Made by a program: the position numbers and the translations under genes. 64,000 nt of DNA from Candidatus Hydrogenedentota bacterium (GTDB lineage: Bacteria; Hydrogenedentota; Hydrogenedentia; Hydrogenedentales; JAEUWI01): the NCBI GenBank assembly GCA_016791475.1, contig JAEUWI010000010.1, positions 20,352-84,351 on the forward strand, given 5' to 3'. The notes below the pieces were generated by a model, which saw only the letters and a list, made by a program, of their open reading frames with translations, had not been told where the DNA came from and made no database searches. Shown here piece after piece: positions 19,586-29,405 of this stretch (position 1 is its first letter; the number at the start of each line of letters is the position of its first letter).

Positions 19586-20491
19586 GTGGGCTCCAGGTTG
19601 GAATTGGCTATACTTAATTTGCACAAAAAGTTAGCGCAACCCAACGAGGAACCCACAATGCTTGTAGAGAAGATGTTAGTAGCTGCCATGGCCGAATACA
19701 AGAAATTTTTGCTCGAATATTGCTCGGGTGCCGCGGAGCTGGAATTGTCACCGGCTTCGTCCGCTTTGATTGTATCGGGGCTTCACCAGGCTGCCAATGC
19801 GGCTTCAAAGGCGGCACTCCGCCTTTTCCTCGAGGCCAAGGACGAGACCGACGATCTGATTCGGGTCGGCCAGGATTCGTACCGTTTCAAGTTTTTGAGC
19901 GAGCGCGAGGCGCTGTCTCCCTGGGGTAAGATGCGGTTCGCGCGCAGGCTTTATCAGAATGCCAAGGACCAGTCCCACGTCCCATTGGATTCGGCTTGGG
20001 GCATGTCTGGCGAATTCATGATGGCTGAAGTACGCGAGGCGGTGGCTTTTGCCAGCGCCCACGTCACGCCCCAGGAGGTGGCCGAGCTGATGGAGAAGAG
20101 TGCTCAGTTCCACCCGCACCGCACCCAGATCCTGGAGGCGTTGGAGCGTATTGACGCACGGGTGTCGGATATGCGCGATTCCGTCGACGAACGCATACGC
20201 GAACAAGAGTCGGCGCCTGAGAATGTGCGCGTGCTCGTGGCCAGCATGGACGGCGCGAACGTGTTGCTCAACGAGCCTGGCAAAAAGCGAGGTCGCCCCG
20301 CAGAGCGCCCCAAAGGCGGTTCGGAGGAAGAGTCCAAGACCTCGTACAAGAACGCCATGGCCGGCTGCGTAATCCGACGCAAAGCGGCCACCGATTCCGA
20401 GCGAAAGCGGCCACTCGTTCCGACGCAAAGCGGCCATCCATTCCGAGCGAAGGCGGCCAGCGATTCCGACGGAAGGCGGCCACTTTTCTAA
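19586..20491 (+). CDS. hypothetical protein interrupted by IS21-family insertion (native part 19586..20374; reading frame resumes at 22822..22977)
   Basis: coding-like composition; last ~35 codons translate the IS terminal repeats; removing 20375..22821 restores an in-frame ORF ending at 22977. Confidence 0.55.
   Translation: MGSRLELAILNLHKKLAQPNEEPTMLVEKMLVAAMAEYKKFLLEYCSGAAELELSPASSALIVSGLHQAANAASKAALRLFLEAKDETDDLIRVGQDSYRFKFLSEREALSPWGKMRFARRLYQNAKDQSHVPLDSAWGMSGEFMMAEVREAVAFASAHVTPQEVAELMEKSAQFHPHRTQILEALERIDARVSDMRDSVDERIREQESAPENVRVLVASMDGANVLLNEPGKKRGRPAERPKGGSEEESKTSYKNAMAGCVIRRKAATDSERKRPLVPTQSGHPFRAKAASDSDGRRPLF
20375..20487. repeat. IS21 left-end multi-repeat (5 tandem ~22-23 nt units, AAAGCGGCCAC-N5-TTCCGA[GC]CG)
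   Basis: seen directly; inverted copies at 22775..22814. Confidence 0.7.
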
Positions 20492-20572
20492 GGGGGAGCG
20501 CAGGCGGCGCGGGATAACGTTGATCGGGCACAATCGTGCTCCTTTTCGGCTTTTTAGAGCGAGGAGGTTGCG

Positions 20573-22099
20573 ATGCCCGCGGAGCGGATATCCATGCGCA
20601 AGATTCGAGAAGTGTTGCGGTTGAGTTTGGGCGGGCGGCTGAGCGCCCGCGCGGTAGCGGTTAGTTGCGGGATGGGCCGGACGGCCGTGCTGGAGTATGT
20701 GCGGCGGGCGGCCCGCGCCGGGCTGTCGTGGCCGCTGCCGGAGGGGTTGGCGGACGATACGCTGGAGGCCTTGCTGTTTCCGCCCGCCGCACCGGCCGAG
20801 GGCGACCGCCCGCTGCCGGTGTGGCAGGAGGTGTATGACTCGCTCACGGGCAAGGGGGTGAGGCTGTACCTGTTGTGGGAGGGGTACCGGGCGCTGCATC
20901 CGGCGGGCTACGGGTACAGCCGCTTCTGCGAACTATACCGGGACTGGGCGGGCAAGCTGCCGGTGTGGATGCGGCAGGAGCACAAGGCGGGGGAAAAGCT
21001 GTTCGTGGATTATGCGGGCATGACGATGCCGGTCACGGACCGCGAGACGGGCGAGGTCCGTCAGGCCCAGATCTTCGTGGCGGCGCTGGAGGTCAGCGGC
21101 TACACTTTCGCGGAGGCGACCTGGACCCAGACCCTGCCCGACTTCATCGCCTCCCACGTCCGCGCCCTTGAATTCTTCGGCGGCTGCCCGGCGCTGGTGG
21201 TGCCGGACAACCTGCGCAGCGCCGTGTCGCGCCCGTACCGCTACGGCCCCGAGATCACCCCGGTCTACACGGAACTGGCGGTCCACTACGGCGTGGCGAT
21301 CCTGCCTGCGCTGGTGCGCAAGCCTCGGGACAAGGCCAAGGCGGAGTCGAGCGTCCTAGGCGTGGAGCGACGCGTCCTGGCCGCGCTGCGGGAGCGGACC
21401 TTCATCAGCCTGGCGGAACTCAACGCGGCTATCGCCCCGTTACTGTTGGTGTATAACATCCGCGCGTTCCAGCAGCGGGAGGATTCGCGCCGGAGCCAGT
21501 TCGAGGCCTTCGACGCGCCCGCGCTAGAGCCCCTTCCCCGGACCCGCCACGAGTACGCGGAGTGGCTCAAGGCCCGCGTCAGCCTCGACTACCACATCCG
21601 CGCCGACGGCCACTGTTACAGTGTGCCGTACTGGCTCGTGAAGGGGGAGGTTCAGGTGCGTATGACCGCCACCCATGTGGAGATATTCCTCAACAATACC
21701 AGGGTCGCCAGCCACCTCCGCTCCCACCAGAAGGATCGCCACAGCACATGCCGCGAGCACATGCCCAAGGGCCACCAGGCCCACGCCGAATGGCCCCCCG
21801 AACGCATCAAACACTGGGTCGGGCAGGCTGGCCCCGCCACCGCCGAGGTGGCCCAGGCCATCATGGACGCGCGCCCCCATCCCGAGCAGGGATTCCGCGC
21901 CAGCATGGGCCTCAAGCGCCTGGGCGACACACTGGGCGCGGAGCCCCTCGAAGCCGCGTGCGCCCGCGCCCCGGCCCTGCAATCACCGTCCTACCAGAGC
22001 GTCAAGCCCATCCCTGCGAAGGGACTCGACCGCGAGCCCCCGCCCCAACTCGAGCCACCCATGCCGCTCATCGAGCACGAGGCGGCTTATTACCAATAA
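20573..22099 (+). CDS. istA: IS21-family transposase IstA
   Basis: N-terminal HTH (MRKIREVLRLSLGGRLSARAVA...), DDE catalytic region DYAGMTMPV...EATWTQTLPDF...VVPDNLRSAV; 508 aa. Confidence 0.88.
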   Translation: MPAERISMRKIREVLRLSLGGRLSARAVAVSCGMGRTAVLEYVRRAARAGLSWPLPEGLADDTLEALLFPPAAPAEGDRPLPVWQEVYDSLTGKGVRLYLLWEGYRALHPAGYGYSRFCELYRDWAGKLPVWMRQEHKAGEKLFVDYAGMTMPVTDRETGEVRQAQIFVAALEVSGYTFAEATWTQTLPDFIASHVRALEFFGGCPALVVPDNLRSAVSRPYRYGPEITPVYTELAVHYGVAILPALVRKPRDKAKAESSVLGVERRVLAALRERTFISLAELNAAIAPLLLVYNIRAFQQREDSRRSQFEAFDAPALEPLPRTRHEYAEWLKARVSLDYHIRADGHCYSVPYWLVKGEVQVRMTATHVEIFLNNTRVASHLRSHQKDRHSTCREHMPKGHQAHAEWPPERIKHWVGQAGPATAEVAQAIMDARPHPEQGFRASMGLKRLGDTLGAEPLEAACARAPALQSPSYQSVKPIPAKGLDREPPPQLEPPMPLIEHEAAYYQ

Positions 22100-22136
22100 C
22101 ACAACACCCATGCACCAAGAAAGGAAACACACACCC

Positions 22137-22751
22137 ATGCTCCTTCACCCGACCCTGGACAAGCTCGCCGCCAAACTGCGCCAGAGCGCAACCATCGAGG
22201 ACATCGACCTGCGCACGCCGCGCGGCATCGACAAAGTCGCCCTGCTCGCCCTCGCCGGCTGCGCTTGGCTGCGCAAGCATCACAACCTCATCATTACCGG
22301 GCCCACCGGAACCGGCAAAAGCTACATCGCCTGCGCTCTGGGAGACCGCGCCTGCCGCGAGGGCTACCGCGTCCTCTACTACCGCGCCCCCCGGGCTCTT
22401 CCAGGAGCTCGCCATAGCCCGGGGCGACGGCTGCTACGACCGCCTCCTGCGCGCCCTCGCCCGCACCGACCTCCTCATTCTCGACGACTGGGGCACCGCC
22501 CCCTGACCGACGAACAGCGAAAAGACCTCTTCGAAGTCGTCGAAGACCCCTACGACCGCAAGAGTACCCTCATCGCAGCACAACTACCCACCCAGCACTG
22601 GCACCAGCTCATCGGAGACCCAACACTCGCCGACTCCCTGCTTGACAGACTCATCCACAACGCCTACGCCATCACTCTAAAGGGGGAGTCCATGCGAAAG
22701 AAAAGAGCCCAAAACTTGATTCCCGAAGCGCCATCGGGTACGAACTCATAG
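22137..22751 (+). pseudogene. istB: IS21-family helper ATPase IstB disrupted by two compensating frameshifts in homopolymer runs
   Basis: Walker A ITGPTGTGKSYIA in frame A to ~22385; LFQELAIARGDGCYDRLLRALARTDLLILDDWGTAP in frame B to 22506; LTDEQRKDLFEVVEDPYDRKSTLIAAQ back in frame A; extra G in CCCCCGGG run, missing C in C6 run. Confidence 0.7.
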
Positions 22752-23074
22752 ACAATTGAAACGCCCGCGTCGCTGCGCTCCGAAGCCTGGCCGCCTTCGC
22801 TCGGAATCGGTGGCCGTAATCGTCGGTATATGCAGAGGGGAAGCGCGTTCGACGCGACTTCCCCTCGCTCCAGTACGACGCCCGCGCCACGCCGAAATCA
22901 GCGGCCGCGATCCGCCGTTTCCGATGGACTACTCGTGCCGAAATATGTATGGCACTGCTAAAATTCCGGGTTTTTAGGCAATCGCTTCGCCTTCAACCGG
23001 GTAAACGCGCGCGCCTGATGGATAGGGGGATTTTCTCCCGTGGCTCCATATACGCTCAGGTCGCCGGGCCTTCC

Positions 23075-24532
23075 TCATTCGGCACCGTGGAGTTTGAGTG
23101 ATATGACTTCCACGTAGTAATACCCCGGCCGTGAAGATATTGTGCCCTCCACATCAACGATCCTGCCCGCCACGGTTTCATCGATTTCGAGGGTAGAGCC
23201 CGCCGGACCTGCGAGAAGTATTATACGCCCTTCCATGTTTGAGCCGGTGAGGACACCGAGAGGAACACCACCCTTTAGGCTGGCGATGGCGCAGCGACGA
23301 CGCGATTGTCCCGAAGATGACCAGTGTGCACCGAGATAGCACTTCGTTGACAGAAGCTCTCCACTGAAGTTGACCGTCCCTCCAATCGCCTGCGGGGCGG
23401 TCACGGCGACGGTGGTTGTGTCCCCGATAGGAAGTGGCGGGGTACTTACCTCCATCTCAAGCATCGCAGTCGTACCACGATATCTAATCCTACCTTCAAC
23501 GCTGACATGAAGGTCGTCAAACTGCCGCCAATTCGACGGAACCCCCTGATGCCCGGTGCCACAGAGTAATACGTACTGGCCCAGACTAGGGTTTTCGTTC
23601 CAATCGGGGGATAGGTATATGGAAGGAAAAGGCCGAGAAGTGTAGATTCCGCGAAGCACCGTCCGGGAGTATACATCCGAAAAAGCCGTTTTAACCATTG
23701 GCGGCGCACTTGCCAGCGCGCCCGTGATTGCAACGAATACGATCATGGTCGCTGCGGTTCCCGCCGGTACAGCGGGCAGGCCATCTCTTCGTATCGACGC
23801 CCAACACGAATTTCTATTGTTGAGAGCGCTCGGTATTGCACTCGTTGGTGGCACGCTGTCTGCCTTTTGGGAAAATGCTTGTGCAACGATAAGCGTGATT
23901 GCGAACGATACCGGGCCAGCAATCAACAGAGTTTCGTAGACAGGATTTGAGTCGTACTGATAAGCACCCAGTGCGAACCAGATCCAGGCGGAGGCATAAG
24001 CAGGGTAGACGAGCGCCTGCACGCCCCGCCAAACTCCGGATGTCCTTTGTATGCGCCAATAGCGGTATCCCGTACTCGCGATCAACCCTGAAGTAAATAG
24101 TGCCAATAGGCCAAAAGCCTCAGAGGGTAATTCGCTGACACTAGTTCGTTGTTCGGATAGTTCTACAACAAATCTTGTGTAATCCGCCAGTAGACCGGTG
24201 AGATCAACCCCACGCTCACCAGTGTCTACAATCGCCAGATGAAGCATGCCCATCATGAAAGCAGCAAGAACTATAGCCGGACGGTGCTTGTAAAGCGGGT
24301 AGAATGAATTGTGTAATCGCGAAAGGGCCGCTGAACTCGCCGCCATTTGAAAGTAAAGCAGTGTGAGCAAACTCGTCACACGGCCAAGTTCCGCCATGAC
24401 AGGGATTGTATGTTGCAGTATTTCGGACACAGTAAAGTACGCGACGGCGCTCGCCATAGTACAAATAAGCAACAGCAGTGCAAAAATAAGGGCTTGGGCC
24501 TTGTCCTCGGGCGTCTCGTCGTATGGCATCAC
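23075..24532 (-). CDS. hypothetical integral membrane protein (about 8 TM) with ~220-aa C-terminal beta-rich extracytoplasmic domain
   Basis: ORF track; GC about 52%, lower than backbone; ATGA-coupled to upstream 205-aa gene; no family recognised. Confidence 0.55.
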   Translation of the reverse strand: MMPYDETPEDKAQALIFALLLLICTMASAVAYFTVSEILQHTIPVMAELGRVTSLLTLLYFQMAASSAALSRLHNSFYPLYKHRPAIVLAAFMMGMLHLAIVDTGERGVDLTGLLADYTRFVVELSEQRTSVSELPSEAFGLLALFTSGLIASTGYRYWRIQRTSGVWRGVQALVYPAYASAWIWFALGAYQYDSNPVYETLLIAGPVSFAITLIVAQAFSQKADSVPPTSAIPSALNNRNSCWASIRRDGLPAVPAGTAATMIVFVAITGALASAPPMVKTAFSDVYSRTVLRGIYTSRPFPSIYLSPDWNENPSLGQYVLLCGTGHQGVPSNWRQFDDLHVSVEGRIRYRGTTAMLEMEVSTPPLPIGDTTTVAVTAPQAIGGTVNFSGELLSTKCYLGAHWSSSGQSRRRCAIASLKGGVPLGVLTGSNMEGRIILLAGPAGSTLEIDETVAGRIVDVEGTISSRPGYYYVEVISLKLHGAE

Positions 24533-25146
24533 TTGAAGTTCGCCTCTGGACTCTTGCTCAACGAGTAGGTTTCCGTGCGATTCTCAAGACTGAGGTATAG
24601 CGTCAAATGGCCCCGCGAACGCATATGAGACTCAGGCAGAGGAATCCAGATACTACCCGTGCCCCCGAGTAATCCCAACACAACCGCTTCTTCCGGTGGA
24701 TTGCCGTCAGCATCTAAGTGTCCAGACCAGATCAAGACAGCGGGGGGGCACACGTGACCCTCAAGTGGGTCAAATCGGAGACCGTAGTGACCTAGTGCCT
24801 TGATCAGAGCAACCTCCATGGGATATGACGGAAACGACTGTCCAAAGTGTGCTCTCGCTCGCGCCCAAGGGGCTTCATTTACCAACCCGCTGGGAACCGG
24901 AAACTGCCTGCGTGATGAGCTCGAAAACGGATCAACTATCAGTGTTAAGACTAGGAGCAAGAGAGCGGTAGTTACTCCGACTGCTACATTCCACGTATGG
25001 AATCCAATTCGGCGGGAGAGCGTTCGATCTTCGATGGGCTTCTCACAGTGACTGTTGTGGTGCCGCCGCACAGACCAGCCCATGAGAGCGAATATTTTCA
25101 AGGCTTGGGTGGAGCGCGGAGGAAGATTCGATATATCGTTCGACAT
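24529..25146 (-). CDS. hypothetical single-pass membrane protein (205 aa)
   Basis: ORF track; one TM (VAVGVTTALLLLVLTLIV); low GC; first gene of two-gene operon. Confidence 0.5.
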   Translation of the reverse strand: MSNDISNLPPRSTQALKIFALMGWSVRRHHNSHCEKPIEDRTLSRRIGFHTWNVAVGVTTALLLLVLTLIVDPFSSSSRRQFPVPSGLVNEAPWARARAHFGQSFPSYPMEVALIKALGHYGLRFDPLEGHVCPPAVLIWSGHLDADGNPPEEAVVLGLLGGTGSIWIPLPESHMRSRGHLTLYLSLENRTETYSLSKSPEANFK

Positions 25147-25499
25147 TGTCTATCACTCCATAGTTCCTGTGAAGATGTATTCCACCCAAAGCTTAATCTT
25201 GGTAAACACTCACTGGATACACCGGTGCTAAGAAGATCAGACTTAGCAGGTGACGACTTCACTCGTGGCGATTCGACCGGAACGAGGTGAATCTGATTCA
25301 CCAGCCCCTCCGGACCCGGCGAACCAATGGCCAGTTAGCATACAGGTCGATAGGTTCACATTTCCGCTTCCACGGGACGAAACCACGCCCTTGATAAAAA
25401 AAGGCCGAGGGCTGGAAAGTTAAGCCCTCGGCCTCGTGGTATCCCTCATTCTGCTCCGCGAGATGACTCTCATCACCAGCGGTCAGAAGGTCTTACCGA

Positions 25500-26522
25500 T
25501 CAATAATACGTGCAGACCAATTGCGACAGCATGTAGTCGGAACGGGACTTGGGGTCAGCGCCGTACTTGATGAAGCGCACACTGCCATCCATGAAGAGCA
25601 CGTTGGAGCCACCGGGAACGTGGTTGAACTCGATATCGCCAGGTTCTTCCATCAACTGCATGTCGTACCAGACGGGAACCATGGACTGAGCTTTGGCGCT
25701 GCCTGCGGCATTGTTGATATCGGTGATCAGGAAACGTTCAATGCCTTCCCGTACGCGATACATAGAGATGTTGGTATTGATGGAGTTCGGCGGATATTCG
25801 CCAGCGACGCCAGCACCCAGCGCGGTCAGGGTATCAAACATCGTGTTGACCTTGTGGGTATAATCCGCAGTGCCCATGATGTTGCCCCAGTCGTGAACCG
25901 TCCAATTGTAAGGATCAGCCTGGTTCACAAAGTGACTGTTGTCGAAGGTCCAAGGCCAGTATCCATAGCTGGACTCAGTGCGGATGTAGCAACCGGGAAC
26001 GGAGAAACCGCCCTTGGTGCCAGCAAACGCGTTGCGCGCACGGCACGCGTCTTCGGAAGGATTCGGGGTCACAGCCGCACCACCGCGAATGGCGGCAGGC
26101 ACCCAGCTCGGACCACCAGTAGCCCACGCATCATTGATTACGCGGAAGTTGTTGGCATCCGAGCCAGTACCGCCATCCTTAGCCGACGGGCAAATAAGTA
26201 CCTGCAAGTCGGTCAAGTATTCGGGGTAGATGGCATAGGTGTCAATCGTGTCGGACCACGTGCCGCTCGTTACCGTGTCGGAGCTGCTGTAGTTGGTGTA
26301 GTTCTGGGGGAACACACCACCTGCCGACTCATTGGAAAACATTTTGAAGACAAGGCCCATCTGCTTCAGGTTGTTCTGGCAGCTGGCGCGACGCGCGGCT
26401 TCACGGGCGCGGGCCAGAGCGGGGAGCAGGATGGCGGCAAGAATACCGATGATGGCAATAACTACCAGCAATTCAATGAGGGTGAAGCCACGCTTCGATT
26501 TCGGACGTCTAAGGGTTGTCAT
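25500..26522 (-). CDS. prepilin-type N-terminal cleavage/methylation protein with DUF1559 (H-X9-DG) domain, pseudopilin-like
   Basis: [46 protein letters not shown]-terminus; C-terminal [12 protein letters not shown] motif typical of DUF1559 proteins abundant in Planctomycetes. Confidence 0.85.
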   Translation of the reverse strand: MTTLRRPKSKRGFTLIELLVVIAIIGILAAILLPALARAREAARRASCQNNLKQMGLVFKMFSNESAGGVFPQNYTNYSSSDTVTSGTWSDTIDTYAIYPEYLTDLQVLICPSAKDGGTGSDANNFRVINDAWATGGPSWVPAAIRGGAAVTPNPSEDACRARNAFAGTKGGFSVPGCYIRTESSYGYWPWTFDNSHFVNQADPYNWTVHDWGNIMGTADYTHKVNTMFDTLTALGAGVAGEYPPNSINTNISMYRVREGIERFLITDINNAAGSAKAQSMVPVWYDMQLMEEPGDIEFNHVPGGSNVLFMDGSVRFIKYGADPKSRSDYMLSQLVCTYY

Positions 26523-27071
26523 AACTCTCTTTCCTTTAAAGATTAGATGAATTGAAGACCAGTGCAGGTATGACTCAAATAGCTACTGTGAGAGCGAAAT
26601 ACCTCCTTTCAAAGGTTATGAGTAATGTTCTTCAACTGAGTGTATTACAGGGCCACACCCCACGCACTGATTCGACCTTGCGCGTGGTACGACCATATAA
26701 TCGACTGGACGGAAGACGGTAGCTCCCCAGTTGTCACTGCGGTCTGGCGGTACCCAACCGGCCAGAGGAAACCACACATGTCATTCCGTGTTTCTCTTGC
26801 GGAGAATGGCTTAGTATAGCATCTTTTTTTCAAAAGTAAAGCAAAATATTAGTTGCCCCGTCATACCACCCCAAGTGCTTGTGCGACAAGGCTCTGGACG
26901 CGTTCATACCTCCGAAAAAAGCCTGATCGGCAACGCAATTCAGCGCGTGGGGAACCCGCTGTGAAAAAAATATGCAATACTCCGCATAGGCAACGTCAAT
27001 GGTGAATTGAACGGCGGGATCGCGCGGATCAGACCCCTTTATTTGTGGTCGCACTTCTGATATGATAGGCC

Positions 27072-28538
27072 GTGATACTACATATGGTGTATTGGAAGGC
27101 GAGCATGACCGGTCAGAAGAGAAGTGTGCACTTTGTCGGGGTAGGCGGGATCGGTATGAGCGGACTCGCCGAGATTCTCCTGAACCTCGGCTATGAGGTT
27201 TCTGGCTCCGATCTCGCCCCTTCACCCATCACCACACGACTCGAATCGCTCGGACTCGTCTTCCATCAGGGCCACAGCGCCCAGCACATCGGAAATGCCG
27301 GAATTCTTGTCGTATCCGCCGCCGTTGCCGCGGACAACGCCGAAATCTGCGCCGCGCGTTCGCGCAATATCCCCGTCATGCACCGTAGCGACCTGCTGGC
27401 CGATCTCATGCGGCTCAAACCCAATGCGGTTGCCGTCGGCGGCACCCATGGCAAAACCACCACCACCTCCATGATCAGCGCGATTCTGGACGTGGCCAAC
27501 ATCGGGGCCACCAGCATTGTCGGCGGTATTCTTCACCGAAGCGGCACGAACGCGCGCTGGGGTACCGGCGCCTATCTCGTGGCCGAGGCCGATGAGCACG
27601 ATGGTTCCTTCCTGCGGCTCCACCCGACGATCGCCGTGGTGACCAATATTGACGCGGAACATCTGGAATATTATGGCACCCTCGATCAGATCAAACGCGC
27701 CTTCACCGAATTCTGCAATGGCGTGCCCTTCTATGGCTACGCCATCCTCTGCGGGGACGATCCGGCCTGCGCCTCGATCGTCAAGGACCTGGACAGTATC
27801 ACGCTGACCTACGGCCTCGGCGAGGGCCACTCTCTCCAGGCGGCCAACGTGCGCCTGGCCGATCCCGATCCCGAAGCCTCCATCGCGGATCGCCTGAAGA
27901 GCGCGGCCACCGTTTTCGATGTGATCAGCTATGACGAGCGCTTGCCCGAGACCGGCCGCCTCGGCACGATCACCGTGCACGCGCTGGGCGAAAACAATGT
28001 GCGCAACGCCCTCGCCGCCTGCGCCGTCGGGCTCTGTCTCGGCATGCGCTTTCCCGCCATCGCCGCCGGCATTCGACACTTCGATGGCGTGGGGCGCCGC
28101 CTCCAGTATTGCGGTGAAGTGCGTGGCGTAACCGTGGTTGAAGACTACGCCCACCATCCCACCGAAATCGCAAGCACGCTCGAAGCCGTGCGCTGGCTTA
28201 AGCCCCGCCGCGTGCTCGCCGTTTTTCAGCCCCACCTCTACAGCCGGACCAAGTATTTCTGCGATGATTTCGCGCGGGTACTTTCCGCGCTGGATCGCGC
28301 CATCGTCACCGAGATCTATCCGTCCCGCGAAGCCCCACTTCCGGGCGTCGACGCCGGTATGATCGTGGATGCGGCCCACCGCCTCGGCGCACCCCACGTG
28401 GAACTTATAAAGGACATGAACACCGTGCCGGGCGCGCTCGCGCCCGCCCTGGAAACAGGGGATCTCGTGCTCATCCTGGGCGCGGGCGACATTAACCGAA
28501 TTGCAAAGCCGCTCCTCGCGGCCCTGGGAGATCGATGA
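27072..28538 (+). CDS. murC: UDP-N-acetylmuramate--L-alanine ligase
   Basis: VHFVGVGGIGMSGLAEIL, GTHGKTTTTSM Mur ligase motifs; GTG start per ORF track, alternative ATG at 27105. Confidence 0.9.
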   Translation: MILHMVYWKASMTGQKRSVHFVGVGGIGMSGLAEILLNLGYEVSGSDLAPSPITTRLESLGLVFHQGHSAQHIGNAGILVVSAAVAADNAEICAARSRNIPVMHRSDLLADLMRLKPNAVAVGGTHGKTTTTSMISAILDVANIGATSIVGGILHRSGTNARWGTGAYLVAEADEHDGSFLRLHPTIAVVTNIDAEHLEYYGTLDQIKRAFTEFCNGVPFYGYAILCGDDPACASIVKDLDSITLTYGLGEGHSLQAANVRLADPDPEASIADRLKSAATVFDVISYDERLPETGRLGTITVHALGENNVRNALAACAVGLCLGMRFPAIAAGIRHFDGVGRRLQYCGEVRGVTVVEDYAHHPTEIASTLEAVRWLKPRRVLAVFQPHLYSRTKYFCDDFARVLSALDRAIVTEIYPSREAPLPGVDAGMIVDAAHRLGAPHVELIKDMNTVPGALAPALETGDLVLILGAGDINRIAKPLLAALGDR

Positions 28539-29329
28539 TGCCATTGGTCGCCGCCCACATGACGGGAAGGCGCCGCTCCGGCGGGTTTCGCCGGCGATTG
28601 CGCCAGTCCGTATTCTTTGTCGAGGCCGGGTTCTGCGTCTTCGCCGTCGCCCTCTTCGTCTACGCCTTCTATCACTTCGCCATCAACTCGCCCCGTTACC
28701 GCGTCCAGGACATCATTGTTTTCGGCAACACCGCCGTCAGCTCGGAGGAGGTCGTGGCCGCCACCCAGATCACCACGGCGGACAGCCTCCTTTTTCTGGA
28801 CAAGGCCGCCGTGGCCAAGCGCGTGGCCTCCATCCCTTATGTGGCGTCGGCCGAAGTGCAGCGGGAACTGCCCAGCACCCTCATTATCCACCTCACCGAG
28901 CGCCAGGCCGCGGCCACGCTCCTGGCGGGCCGCCGCGCCTTCCTGATTGATCGCGACGGCGTCGTGCTCAAGGAAAGCGATCCGGGCGCGCCGGTGCTCG
29001 AGCCCCTCATCACCAACGCGCCCGGACTCGGCGTCATCAGCGCCGGTATCCGCCTCGAAGAGCCCGCGGTCCAGGAGGCGCTCAAGCTCTGGGAGGCCTA
29101 TTCGCAGGCGCCCATCGCCTCCGAGGTCAACCTCTCGGAAATTTCCGCCGAAGGCCCCATGAACCTCACCATGATTTGGGACGAAGCCCCCTACGAAGTG
29201 CGCTGGGGCCGCAGCGACTATAAGAAGCAGGCCGAACGCCTCAGTATTCTCTGGAAGGAAAAGGGCGGCCTGTTGCCCTGCCAGGAGTACCTCGATTTGC
29301 GTTTCGATCAGGACTTGGTATGCCGATGA
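28535..29329 (+). CDS. ftsQ: cell division protein FtsQ/DivIB (POTRA domain)
   Basis: N-terminal TM then POTRA (RYRVQDIIVFGNTAVSSEEV); position between murC and ftsZ. Confidence 0.75.
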   Translation: MMPLVAAHMTGRRRSGGFRRRLRQSVFFVEAGFCVFAVALFVYAFYHFAINSPRYRVQDIIVFGNTAVSSEEVVAATQITTADSLLFLDKAAVAKRVASIPYVASAEVQRELPSTLIIHLTERQAAATLLAGRRAFLIDRDGVVLKESDPGAPVLEPLITNAPGLGVISAGIRLEEPAVQEALKLWEAYSQAPIASEVNLSEISAEGPMNLTMIWDEAPYEVRWGRSDYKKQAERLSILWKEKGGLLPCQEYLDLRFDQDLVCR

Positions 29330-29405
29330 TTGCCCGCATGGGCCTAGTTGAGCCGGACTTTAACGGGGTGCTACCATGGCGCCCTGAGCACGGGGAGTTC
29401 TCTAC

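Larger units (their letters stand above)
20375..22814 (+). mobile_element. IS21-family insertion sequence (istA-istB), ~2.44 kb, flanked by 7-bp direct repeat CGTAATC (20368..20374 and 22815..22821)
   Basis: IstA+IstB genes; multiple ~22-nt terminal repeats (5 copies left, 2 inverted copies right) typical of IS21 ends; putative TSD; in-frame host ORF restoration. Confidence 0.8.

Noticed and set aside
20268-20531. Minus ORF with AAFRRNRWPP-type repeats
   Set aside because: It is the translation of the IS21 terminal DNA repeats, not a protein repeat.
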